Notes under the pieces: model-generated
Databases searched by the model: none
The model's input: the letters and a program-made list of their open reading frames with translations, nothing else
What the model was told of the DNA's origin: nothing
Made by a program: the position numbers and the translations under genes
Source of the DNA: an uncultured Pelagibacteraceae bacterium
GTDB lineage: Bacteria; Pseudomonadota; Alphaproteobacteria; Pelagibacterales; Pelagibacteraceae
DNA: 64,000 bases
Assembly: GCA_902527415.1 (NCBI GenBank)
Contig: CABZPD010000004.1
Coordinates: 40-64,039 of the forward strand
Direction: 5' to 3'
Shown: piece after piece, positions 55,589-64,000 of the stretch
How positions within the stretch are numbered: position 1 is the first letter of the stretch
How the letters are laid out: every line of letters starts with the position of its first letter

Positions 55589-56113
55589 ATGTCTGAAAAA
55601 ATGATTGTCAGCTGGGACGAGTATAACAAAACTGTTGAGAAACTAGCAATCCAAATTGATGAGAGCGGATATAAACCAACAATACTAGTTGGCATCATGC
55701 GTGGAGCAGCGCCGATGATAGATGTTTTAAGCAGAATTTTTAAATTAAAATGTGCGTATCTTGCAGTCGAATCTTACAGTGGTAAGGGAGTAGAGGATGA
55801 GCAGGGTGACATTGTGTTTTCAAGAGAAATGAGTTCGATAGCACCTAATATGGGCGGAAAAATACTTTTATGTGATGATTTATCTGACACAGGAATTACT
55901 TTTAACAAAAGTATAGATTGGTTAAAAAAATATGAACCCATTAAGGATAAAATAGAGGATATTAAAACCGCAACATTATTTAAAAAAAAGAAATCAACAT
56001 TTGAGCCAGACTTCTGTGCAAATAGACTTCCTGATAATCCTTGGATAGTACAACCCTTCGAAATTTATGAAGAATTAAGGATCGAAGAAATCAAAAAAAA
56101 ACATCAGATATAA
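55589..56113 (+). CDS. Purine phosphoribosyltransferase (Gpt-like)
   Basis: GIMRG, PRPP loop LLCDDLSDTGIT, WIVQPFE. Confidence 0.82.
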   Translation: MSEKMIVSWDEYNKTVEKLAIQIDESGYKPTILVGIMRGAAPMIDVLSRIFKLKCAYLAVESYSGKGVEDEQGDIVFSREMSSIAPNMGGKILLCDDLSDTGITFNKSIDWLKKYEPIKDKIEDIKTATLFKKKKSTFEPDFCANRLPDNPWIVQPFEIYEELRIEEIKKKHQI

Positions 56114-56141
56114 AAAAGGCCAGTTAAAAAACCGGCCTTTT
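56114..56141. terminator. Bidirectional intrinsic terminator
   Basis: AAAAGGCCAGTT-AAAA-AACCGGCCTTTT between convergent genes; the single mismatch is a G-U pair on the minus strand. Confidence 0.82.
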
Positions 56142-56164
56142 AAATTTTTTAAATTGGAAATTGA

Positions 56165-57235
56165 TTACTTAGGTATATCTCCTTCAACACCTTTAACGTA
56201 AGTCATCATTCCTGCAAGCATTCCATCATCTGCAGTTTTTCCTTCTGCTACCATTAAATTACCTTTCTGGTCATAAATTGGTCCAGTGAAAGAATGAACT
56301 TTACCAGATGCTAAATCTGCTTGAAGTTTTTTAACTTTTGATCTTAGGTCAGCTGGCATTTGTGAATCTAAATCTGATATCACAACCATACCATCTCCAA
56401 TACCATGCCAAGTATCTTTTTGATTCCATGTACCGTTCGCAACAGCTTTAACTCTGTCCACGTAATATGGCCCCCAATTGTTTTCAACTGAAGTCAATAC
56501 AGCTTTAGGAGCAAACTTGTCCATATCACTTGCTTGTCCAAAAGCATATACTCCAGCTTTTTCAGCCATTTGAACAATAGCGGTACTATCTGTATGTTGA
56601 GCAATTACATCAGCACCTTGATCGATTAAAGCTTTTGCTGCCTCTGCTTCTTTACCTGGATCGTACCAAGTGAAAGCCCAAACAATTTTAGTTTTAATAT
56701 TTGGGTTAACTTTTTGAGCCGCTAAAGTAAATGAATTGATACCCCTGATAACTTCAGGAATTGGAAAAGATGCAACATAACCAATAACATTTGATTTTGT
56801 CATAGTTCCAGCAATTGTTCCTAAGATAGTTCTACCTTCGTAGAATCTAGCTGCGTATGTTGAAACATTTGCATGTTCTCTTTTGTATCCAGTAGCGTGT
56901 TCAAATTTTACATTTGGAAACTCTTTTGCAACTTTGTTAGTTGGATTCATGTATCCAAAACTAGTTGTAAAGATAATGTCATGACCAGAATTAGCTAATT
57001 GTCTAAGAACCCTCTCAGCATCAGCACTTTCTGGAACACCTTCTACGTAAGTTGTTTTAAATCCGGCAGCTTCAACAGCTTTTCTACCCACATCATGCTG
57101 ATATGTCCATCCATGGTCACCAGTTGGACCAATATAAACGAATGCTGCTTTCACATCCTTTGCTATTGCAGCTACAGTCAATGTAAATAATAAAACTAAA
57201 GAAGAGACGAAAGAACGAATAAATATTTTATGCAT
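56165..57235 (-). CDS. BMP family ABC substrate-binding protein (purine/nucleoside)
   Basis: Signal peptide, DHGWTYQHD, TTSFGY, FPIPEV, QHTDS. Confidence 0.92.
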   Translation of the reverse strand: MHKIFIRSFVSSLVLLFTLTVAAIAKDVKAAFVYIGPTGDHGWTYQHDVGRKAVEAAGFKTTYVEGVPESADAERVLRQLANSGHDIIFTTSFGYMNPTNKVAKEFPNVKFEHATGYKREHANVSTYAARFYEGRTILGTIAGTMTKSNVIGYVASFPIPEVIRGINSFTLAAQKVNPNIKTKIVWAFTWYDPGKEAEAAKALIDQGADVIAQHTDSTAIVQMAEKAGVYAFGQASDMDKFAPKAVLTSVENNWGPYYVDRVKAVANGTWNQKDTWHGIGDGMVVISDLDSQMPADLRSKVKKLQADLASGKVHSFTGPIYDQKGNLMVAEGKTADDGMLAGMMTYVKGVEGDIPK

Positions 57236-57313
57236 AAATTTATTTCCCCTTTTGATTTTTTAATAAAATTAAATTTAGATTAAATTATCTAAAAAAAAAT
57301 AATTATTTTAGAA

Positions 57314-58246
57314 TTAATTGTCTTTATGAAAAGATTTCCCCAGAGAACTAGGAGTACTTAGCCTAATTTTTCTACTATCACGAGAAATTACAACTAAAAC
57401 TATTATTGTAACGATGTAGGGTAGGGCTGTTAAAAATTGCACAGGAATTCTTACTCCAATTGCTTGCATATGAAACTGAATGATTGTTAGCCCACCAAAA
57501 ATCATAGCACCAATCAATATTTTAATTGGGTTCCATGTTGAGAAAACCACTAGAGCTAATGCGATCCAACCTCTTCCACCTGTCATATTTTCAATCCACT
57601 GTGGAGTATAAATCATTGATAAATATGCACCAGCAAGTCCACTCATTGCACCTCCGTAAAGAATACATAAGTAACGAACTAACCTTACTTTTATTCCTTG
57701 ATTAGATGCTGAAACAGGAGAGTCTCCCACAGCTCTTACTATTAATCCTATTTTTGTTTTTTTTAAAAAATAGTTAGTCATGAAAGGTAGAGCAAAAGCA
57801 AAATAAAAAACAATTGAATGTCCAAATAATATTGGACCTATAAGTGGTATTGTATCTTTTAAACTTTCAAATAAAATGGGAAATTCTTTTCCAGGAATTC
57901 CTACAAAATTTTTTCCTATCATTGCCGATATTCCAATTCCAAATATGGTAAGAGCTAAACCAGTAGCGACATGATTTGTAATTAATGTTTGAGTTAGGAA
58001 TGCAAAAATAGATGAGATTAAAACCCCAGCTAACATTGCCCCAAAAATTGCAATAATTAAACTTCCTGTAACAGTCATTAATGCGAAACCTGAAATAGCA
58101 CCAATGATCATCATTCCCTCAACACCAAGGTTTAAAACTCCAGACCTTTCTGTAATTAGTTCGCCACAAGAAGCTAAAATCAAAGGAACAGCGGAGGCCA
58201 TGATTGATGCAATTATCAGTCCAATAAAATTTATATCGATGATCAT
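57314..58246 (-). CDS. Nucleoside-type ABC transporter permease
   Basis: ERSGVLNLGVEG, RAVGD, GRGWIALA. Confidence 0.92.
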   Translation of the reverse strand: MIIDINFIGLIIASIMASAVPLILASCGELITERSGVLNLGVEGMMIIGAISGFALMTVTGSLIIAIFGAMLAGVLISSIFAFLTQTLITNHVATGLALTIFGIGISAMIGKNFVGIPGKEFPILFESLKDTIPLIGPILFGHSIVFYFAFALPFMTNYFLKKTKIGLIVRAVGDSPVSASNQGIKVRLVRYLCILYGGAMSGLAGAYLSMIYTPQWIENMTGGRGWIALALVVFSTWNPIKILIGAMIFGGLTIIQFHMQAIGVRIPVQFLTALPYIVTIIVLVVISRDSRKIRLSTPSSLGKSFHKDN

Positions 58247-59307
58247 TTTTTTGAACCTATAAATTTAAATTTGAAAAAGAGTAGATAGTCAGAGGCAAGA
58301 AGAAAAAATAAAATCATTCCTTGAAAAACCTGACCAGTATATTTTGGTATTTGCATAAATATTTGAGCTGTTTCAGCACCCAGATAAGTTATTGCAACAA
58401 CTAGAGATGCAAAGATGATCCCAACAGGATGTAAACGACCCAAAAACGCAACAATTATCGCAGTAAAACCATAATCTGGAGAAATTTCTCTATGAAGTTG
58501 TCCAATAGGTCCAGTTATTTCTCCAACTCCAGCTAAACCTGCGCAAGCACCACTTATTAAAAAAACGAGGATGATCATTTTTTTACCTTTGTATCCGGCA
58601 TATTTTGCTGTCTTTAAACTAAAACCTGAAACTTTCATTTGGAACCCTAAATACGTTTTATAAAAAACAAACCAACTGATAACTACTGCAGCTAAAGCTA
58701 AAAATATTCCTGCGTGAATTCTTAGTCCTTCAAATAACAATGGAAGTTTAGCAGAGTCACTGAACTGTCTGGTTTCAGGAAAATTAAATCCCTCTGGATT
58801 GCTCCAAGGACCAACAACAAGATAGTCCAAAATTAATTTTGAAACATATACCAACATAAGACTTACCAATATTTCATTTGTATTAAAGTAAGTTTTTAAG
58901 ATTGCGGGTATTGATGCATACAACATACCACCGATTGCACCAGCTAAAATTACTATTGGAAGAATGTAAAAACCTTCCTGTTCATAAAATAATAACGCAA
59001 CTCCTCCAGAAACTATCGCCCCAAAAGTTAATTGCCCTTCGGCTCCAATATTCCAGTTATTACTTTTGAAACAAAAAGATAAACCTATTGCTATTAAACA
59101 AAGAGGTGTGGCTTTTAATAGTAATTCACTGAAACCATATTTATCTGCAATTGGAACTATGAAAAAAAATTTGAGAGCTTCAAATGGTTTAAAACCCAAA
59201 ATAAAAAAAATCAAACCTCCCGCTACTAATGTTAGAAAAATAGCTAACACAGGTGTAAAGAAAAAAATAGCTCTTGATGGTTGATCTCTTTTTACGATTT
59301 TGATCAA
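58243..59307 (-). CDS. Nucleoside-type ABC transporter permease
   Basis: WNIGAEGQ, GFTAIIVAFLGRLHP. Confidence 0.92.
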   Translation of the reverse strand: MIKIVKRDQPSRAIFFFTPVLAIFLTLVAGGLIFFILGFKPFEALKFFFIVPIADKYGFSELLLKATPLCLIAIGLSFCFKSNNWNIGAEGQLTFGAIVSGGVALLFYEQEGFYILPIVILAGAIGGMLYASIPAILKTYFNTNEILVSLMLVYVSKLILDYLVVGPWSNPEGFNFPETRQFSDSAKLPLLFEGLRIHAGIFLALAAVVISWFVFYKTYLGFQMKVSGFSLKTAKYAGYKGKKMIILVFLISGACAGLAGVGEITGPIGQLHREISPDYGFTAIIVAFLGRLHPVGIIFASLVVAITYLGAETAQIFMQIPKYTGQVFQGMILFFLLASDYLLFFKFKFIGSKK

Positions 59308-60794
59308 TTTGCTCCTCCCATTAGTATCCCAAGTTTTTCAGAGGTTACTTCTTCAGCATTCATAATTTTTGACAATTTTCCTTTATGAATTACTGAAATT
59401 TTGTCACTTAATTTTAATAACTCATCAGTGTCTGTAGATATTAATATAATTGATTTATTTTGTTCATTGATTTTAATCAATGTCTCGTGGATATAATTTA
59501 TGGCTCCAACATCTAAACCCCAAGTTGGATTAAAGCAAATTAATAAATCTGGAGATGTTATTAACTCTCTTCCAATAATTAATTTCTGCAGATTTCCTCC
59601 TGACAAAAATTGACTTTTTAACTCTATGTTATCTGTATTAACATTAAAGTCCGAAATTATTTTTTTTGAATGTTCCTTAATTTTGTTTTCGTTAATTAAT
59701 CCATTATTAAAAAAATTTGATGATTTAAAATTGTTTAGAGCCACATTTTCAAAAATTTTCATTTGTGGAATTGCAGCCTGCTCAAGTCTATCTTCTGGAG
59801 AAAAGGCCATCAAATATTCTCTTCTCTCTTGAGGATTTAAATCTCCTATGTAATTATTATTAAATTCTATGCAATTCTTGTCTGATATAATTTCACCACT
59901 TAATACTTGAAATAATTCACTTTGACCGTTTCCTGATATACCAGCAATTCCTAAACACTCACCTCGATTAACAGAAAAATTAATATCCATTAAGTTTGTT
60001 TCAAAAGGATCTTCACTTGTAAAATTAAGATTAGTTATCTTAATCAATTGATCTGATGAATTTTTTGCTTTTTTTTTCTTAATTGTTTTAAGGTTCTGAC
60101 CCACCATTTTGTTGGCAAGTGACTCAATATTTTCATTCTTTATTTCACTTACAGAAACTAATTTTCCTCTTCTCATTACAGCAACTTCATCACAAAGCTG
60201 CATAACTTCCTTTAATTTATGGGTTATATAAATAATTAAAATTCCTTCTTCTGAAAATTTCTTCAAAGATAAGAATAATTCACTCGTTTCTTGCTCTGTT
60301 AATACTGATGTTGGCTCATCCATAATTAAAACTTTTGGATTTCTTATCAGACATCTAATTATTTCCACTTTCTGTTTTTGACCTGCTGACAGATTTAGAA
60401 CAGGAATATCAAGATCAATTGAAAAATTATATTTTTTCATAATTGAATCAATTTTTTCTCTTAAACTTTCCCTTTGTTCATCTGAGTCTATTATTAAGTT
60501 TTCAAATACGGACAAAGTTTCAAAAAGATTAAAATGTTGGAATACCATTCCAATATCATTTTTTTTTGCATCTAATGGCGAATTGAGCTTTAGATTATTT
60601 TTATTTAAATAAATTTCACCTTCATCAGGAATGATGACGCCTGATAGAATTTTAACTAGTGTAGATTTTCCAGCACCATTTTCTCCAAGAAGAGCATAAA
60701 TTTTACCGCTATTAAACTCTAGCGAAACATTATCGTTTGCAACACACCCAGGATATATCTTTGTTACGTTTGAAATTTTAAGGTTTGTATTCAT
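59304..60794 (-). CDS. ABC transporter ATP-binding protein, tandem domains (CUT2 type)
   Basis: GENGAGKST, DEPT, LSGGNLQK. Confidence 0.94.
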   Translation of the reverse strand: MNTNLKISNVTKIYPGCVANDNVSLEFNSGKIYALLGENGAGKSTLVKILSGVIIPDEGEIYLNKNNLKLNSPLDAKKNDIGMVFQHFNLFETLSVFENLIIDSDEQRESLREKIDSIMKKYNFSIDLDIPVLNLSAGQKQKVEIIRCLIRNPKVLIMDEPTSVLTEQETSELFLSLKKFSEEGILIIYITHKLKEVMQLCDEVAVMRRGKLVSVSEIKNENIESLANKMVGQNLKTIKKKKAKNSSDQLIKITNLNFTSEDPFETNLMDINFSVNRGECLGIAGISGNGQSELFQVLSGEIISDKNCIEFNNNYIGDLNPQERREYLMAFSPEDRLEQAAIPQMKIFENVALNNFKSSNFFNNGLINENKIKEHSKKIISDFNVNTDNIELKSQFLSGGNLQKLIIGRELITSPDLLICFNPTWGLDVGAINYIHETLIKINEQNKSIILISTDTDELLKLSDKISVIHKGKLSKIMNAEEVTSEKLGILMGGAN

Positions 60795-60797
60795 TAC

Positions 60798-61388
60798 TTA
60801 ATTTAATGGTATAGAATTTTCATGTTTATTTTCCTGGTATTGATTTGATAAAGCTTGATATTTTTTTTTAATTTCGTCTAATTGTTTTAAAACACCTTCT
60901 TTTTTTGAAGTAGGTAAATTCTCAATAAGTAAATTTATATTTTGACTTTTCCAATAGGAATTTTCTTTATTATATTCTCCATCGTTAATTTTAAATACTT
61001 CTTTGAGTATATTTAAATCGTGAGGAATTTTAAATTGATCATTTGTTTCAGTATACGGAAACACATAATAAAAATTATCAAATCCAGAAAAAGTAATCCC
61101 ACTCAAGCACATGCTACAAGGCTCATGTGAACTTAAGAAGATGCAGTCTTTTTCATTTGGTCTTGTATTTGCATCTAATTCATAAAATTTTTTAAGAGTA
61201 TGCATTTCTCCATGCCACAATGGATTTTCTATTTCATTGTTTGTGTCTGCAACTACAAGAGATAAATCATCTTTTTTAATTATTGCTGCACCAAATATTT
61301 TACTACCTCTAGCAACACCTTGTTCAGTTAAGGGTAAAATTTCTTTTGAAAATATATTTAATATTTTTTCTAGGGCTTTTTCATTCAT
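60798..61388 (-). CDS. Zinc-dependent nucleoside/nucleobase deaminase (CDA fold), substrate unknown
   Basis: FGAAI, PLWHGE, HEPCSMC. Confidence 0.85.
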   Translation of the reverse strand: MNEKALEKILNIFSKEILPLTEQGVARGSKIFGAAIIKKDDLSLVVADTNNEIENPLWHGEMHTLKKFYELDANTRPNEKDCIFLSSHEPCSMCLSGITFSGFDNFYYVFPYTETNDQFKIPHDLNILKEVFKINDGEYNKENSYWKSQNINLLIENLPTSKKEGVLKQLDEIKKKYQALSNQYQENKHENSIPLN

Positions 61389-61513
61389 ATGCTTGAACCA
61401 TCAAATAAAGAACACAATTGTTACTATAATTAAACTCAAATTAATAAGAAATAAATTATTAATACAACTTTAAAGTTAGTAATTTATTAAACAAAAAATG
61501 TTAATTTAAACTT

Positions 61514-61819
61514 ATGATAAAATTAAAATCAGCAGTAAGCCTTCTAATTATCATTCTTTTTTTTTCAGGGTGTCAAACTGTTAAAGATAAAACAGATGCT
61601 ATTGTTGAAAAAGAAAATGAAAAATTAAGTAAATTTCTTGGAAAATCAGCTAGCGAACTTCAGATGGAGCTTGGAAAACCAGACGAAGACTTTAAAAATG
61701 CTAAAGGGAACTTTGAGTTTGTTTATAATAGTAAAAAATATCTTGTTCCATGTGAGCGAAGGTTTGAAATAAATTCAGAAAATATAGTTGTGGGTTTTGT
61801 TTCAAACGGGTGTTTTTAA
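61514..61819 (+). CDS. Hypothetical lipoprotein
   Basis: Signal peptide with lipobox FSGC, LGKPD motif, two further Cys. Confidence 0.75.
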   Translation: MIKLKSAVSLLIIILFFSGCQTVKDKTDAIVEKENEKLSKFLGKSASELQMELGKPDEDFKNAKGNFEFVYNSKKYLVPCERRFEINSENIVVGFVSNGCF

Positions 61820-61956
61820 ATTTATTGGTTGAAATAAATCTGTTCATTATAGGTTTTTTTTACTATTTTAAATGGAGTTATTCTAAACTACTTAGTTTTT
61901 TTATATTAATTCATGGTCAGTAATGTAACGTCTATTTAGTTAACGACGGAGGTTAT

Positions 61957-63279
61957 ATGGCTTCAAGAAAAACAAAAGTGGGCTCTACAAACAGTCCAGA
62001 CAAAAAACTTCCATTAAATAAATCCATACCTTTAGGAATTCAGCACGTACTAGCAATGTTTGCTGGTAATATAACTGTTCCTATTATTGTGGCTGGAGTT
62101 TTTGGTCAAACGCCGGAACAAAAAATATTTTTGATTCAAATGGCTTTGTTTGTTGCGGGTGTTGCAACAATTATCCAAACAGTTGGATACAAAGAAATTG
62201 GTGCAAGACTTCCTATTGTTCAAGGAACCAGTTTTGCATTTATACCAATCATGCTACCATTTAAAGCAGCAGGATTAGGTGCGGTATTTACAGCAGCGTT
62301 CATTGGAGGAATTTTTCAAATTTTCATTGGAAAAGTTTTAAAACCAATAAGACATCTATTCCCACCATTAGTCACAGGTATAGTTGTGCTAATGATTGGA
62401 TTTAGTTTGCTTAAAGTCGGTTTTATGTATGCAGGTGGAGGTGGATGGTTAATGAATAATAAACCTGAAATCTTTGCAAATGCAAATCATTTAACGGTTG
62501 CCGCTTCAGTGTTCATAGTTGCTATCTTTTTCAATCTTAGAGGTAAAGGAATGGCTTCTGCAGCTTCAATTTTGATTGGAATAGTAGCTGGCTTCATAGT
62601 TGCAGCAGCACTAGGAATGGTTAACTATGGTAAAATTGCATCTGCATCATGGTTTGCATTTCCAATGCCACTTCAATATGGAATTGATTTTGTGCCTGGT
62701 GCAATAATTCTAATGTTGTTTATGTCAATTGTTACAACGATTGAAACAATTGGAGACATAAGTGCTACTACAATGGGTGGTGCTAAACGAGAAGCAACGG
62801 ATAAAGAAATATCAGGTGGAATTATGGCAGATGGTGTTGGTACTGCATTTGGTGCAATATTTAATGCGATGCCAAATACATCCTATTCACAAAATGCTGG
62901 ACTAGTTGCGTTTACAGGAGTGGTAAGTAGGCACGTTGGAACTATTGCAGGAATAGTATTAGTTCTAATGGGATTATTTCCAAAATTAGGTGGAATAATC
63001 GCAGCAATGCCAGAGTCGGTGATTGGTGGAGCAGCAATCATTATGTTTGGGATGATTGTAGCTGCTGGTATAAAATTAATTTCAAGAGCAGAAATGGATC
63101 AAAGAAATTTATTAATCTTAGCTCTTTCTTTGTCTTTTGGAATTGGAATGTCATTGTTACCAGACTTTGTGAAAAATATTCCAGATTTTGGAATAAGTTT
63201 AAAACTACTGTTAACAACTGGACTTATACCTGCTGGATTATTAGCATTTGTTTTAAATGCTATAATGGCAAAGAAATAA
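61957..63279 (+). CDS. NCS2/NAT family nucleobase permease (xanthine/urate-like)
   Basis: GIQHVLAM, ETIGD, NAT signature SYSQNAGLVAFTG; SD GGAGG. Confidence 0.93.
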   Translation: MASRKTKVGSTNSPDKKLPLNKSIPLGIQHVLAMFAGNITVPIIVAGVFGQTPEQKIFLIQMALFVAGVATIIQTVGYKEIGARLPIVQGTSFAFIPIMLPFKAAGLGAVFTAAFIGGIFQIFIGKVLKPIRHLFPPLVTGIVVLMIGFSLLKVGFMYAGGGGWLMNNKPEIFANANHLTVAASVFIVAIFFNLRGKGMASAASILIGIVAGFIVAAALGMVNYGKIASASWFAFPMPLQYGIDFVPGAIILMLFMSIVTTIETIGDISATTMGGAKREATDKEISGGIMADGVGTAFGAIFNAMPNTSYSQNAGLVAFTGVVSRHVGTIAGIVLVLMGLFPKLGGIIAAMPESVIGGAAIIMFGMIVAAGIKLISRAEMDQRNLLILALSLSFGIGMSLLPDFVKNIPDFGISLKLLLTTGLIPAGLLAFVLNAIMAKK

Positions 63280-63289
63280 TTAATTTAAA

Positions 63290-63313
63290 CTTGTGGGGAG
63301 AAATCCCCACAAG
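63290..63313. terminator. Terminator hairpin between the convergent permease and ibpA
   Basis: Perfect 10-bp stem CTTGTGGGGA-GAAA-TCCCCACAAG; short U run on the minus strand. Confidence 0.8.
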
Positions 63314-63326
63314 CAAGGTTTAAGAC

Positions 63327-63773
63327 TTATTTAATTTCAATAAGCTTCTTTTTTTTATGTTCTGGAATTATTCTTTCACAAGATATTGTTAAAAGACCAT
63401 CTTTAAGCTCAGCACCATTAACTTTTACATCATCAGCTATAGTGAATGATCTTGCAAATTGTCTTTGAGAAATCCCTTTATGAATAATTTCTCCATTTAC
63501 ATCACTGTCCTCAGACTTATTAACTTGTTTTGTTCTAACTGTTAATAAATTGTCCTCGAACTCAACCTCAACGTCTTTTTTGCTAAAGCCAGCCAATGCT
63601 ACTTCAATTGCATAGTTGTCTTTACCTGTCTTTCGGATGTTGTATGGTGGATAATTTGACTGCATCGTCAAATTTCCATTTCCTAGCATATTTTCGAATT
63701 GGTCGAACATATCATCAAAACCAATTGAAAAAGGTCTAAGTGAGTTAAATATAGATAGATCCTTACTTGTCAT
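63327..63773 (-). CDS. ibpA: Small heat shock protein (Hsp20, class A)
   Basis: SIGFD, NYPPYNI, ALAGF, HKGISQRQF, DGLL, terminal IEI. Confidence 0.94.
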   Translation of the reverse strand: MTSKDLSIFNSLRPFSIGFDDMFDQFENMLGNGNLTMQSNYPPYNIRKTGKDNYAIEVALAGFSKKDVEVEFEDNLLTVRTKQVNKSEDSDVNGEIIHKGISQRQFARSFTIADDVKVNGAELKDGLLTISCERIIPEHKKKKLIEIK

Positions 63774-63830
63774 AATATCCTCCTTTTTTAAGCAAGTTTA
63801 TTTATGCAAGCCCCATTAGGCGACTTACCT
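63774..63830 (-). promoter_or_regulatory. ROSE-like RNA thermometer in the ibpA leader
   Basis: 5' hairpin GUAAGUC-GCC-UAAU-GG-GGCUUGC, then CUUGCUU-AAAA-AAGGAGG with the ROSE U(U/C)GCU motif opposite the SD. Confidence 0.68.
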
Positions 63831-63835
63831 AACTT

Positions 63836-63863
63836 ATATGGGAATTAATTTTTTTTTTTCAAG
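63836..63863 (-). promoter_or_regulatory. sigma32 (RpoH) promoter of ibpA
   Basis: CTTGAA-N15-CCCATAT on the minus strand. Confidence 0.82.
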
Positions 63864-63875
63864 ATTGAATATGTA

Positions 63876-64000
63876 CTAAATTTTATTTGAAATTTTTAAT
63901 GCAAATGCATAATCAATCGCAATTTCTTCTATTGCGCCATCTCTTCCTGATTTTCCACCATGACCAGCATTCATTTCGGTTTTTAAAAGAAGTAAATTAT
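63876..64000 (-). CDS. ptrB: Oligopeptidase B (S9A), C-terminal fragment at window edge
   Basis: Manual translation NLLLLKTEMNAGHGGKSGRDGAIEEIAIDYAFALKISNKI* contains the catalytic His motif AGHGGxSGR. Confidence 0.85.
   Translation of the reverse strand, partial: NLLLLKTEMNAGHGGKSGRDGAIEEIAIDYAFALKISNKI

Noticed and set aside
46813-63326. Purine cluster as a mobile genomic island
   Set aside because: No integrase, transposase, tRNA or flanking direct repeat seen, and composition looks like the rest of the window; accessory status needs comparative genomics

Overview
Very AT-rich, gene-dense alphaproteobacterial chromosome segment with the hallmarks of the SAR11 clade (Ca. Pelagibacter-like; inferred from composition, tiny or overlapping intergenic spaces, class I LysRS and gene order). 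About 1-47 kb is mostly housekeeping: priA, F1 ATP synthase atpHAGDC, rppH-ctpA-rsfS-nadD-proAB-obgE-rpmA-rplU, metXW under a SAM-II riboswitch, hisC-tyrA, trkH-ampG-NlpC/P60, lysS-pyrD-rpmB-yhhQ, a decarboxylase/deoxyhypusine-synthase-like/agmatinase polyamine operon, regA, bioY, polA, chvIG, ahcY-tsaE-amgK-murU, gpmA, and an msrA-sseA-RND efflux operon. About 47.2-63.3 kb is a compact purine uptake, salvage and catabolism cluster (xdhAB, two CDA-fold deaminases, PuuD-like urate hydroxylase, uraH, uraD, puuE, alc, allA, phosphoribosyltransferase, BMP-family ABC transporter, NCS2 permease) with no regulator gene. The window ends with ibpA (sigma32 promoter, ROSE-like leader) and the 3' end of ptrB. 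The most unusual signals are an RND adaptor with no alpha-helical hairpin, a PuuD lacking its cytochrome c domain with a free cytochrome c at the cluster edge, a second deaminase of unknown substrate, the missing xdhC, and several candidate cis-regulatory leaders. No tRNA, rRNA, CRISPR array or mobile element was seen. All calls come from reading motifs by eye; no searches were run.
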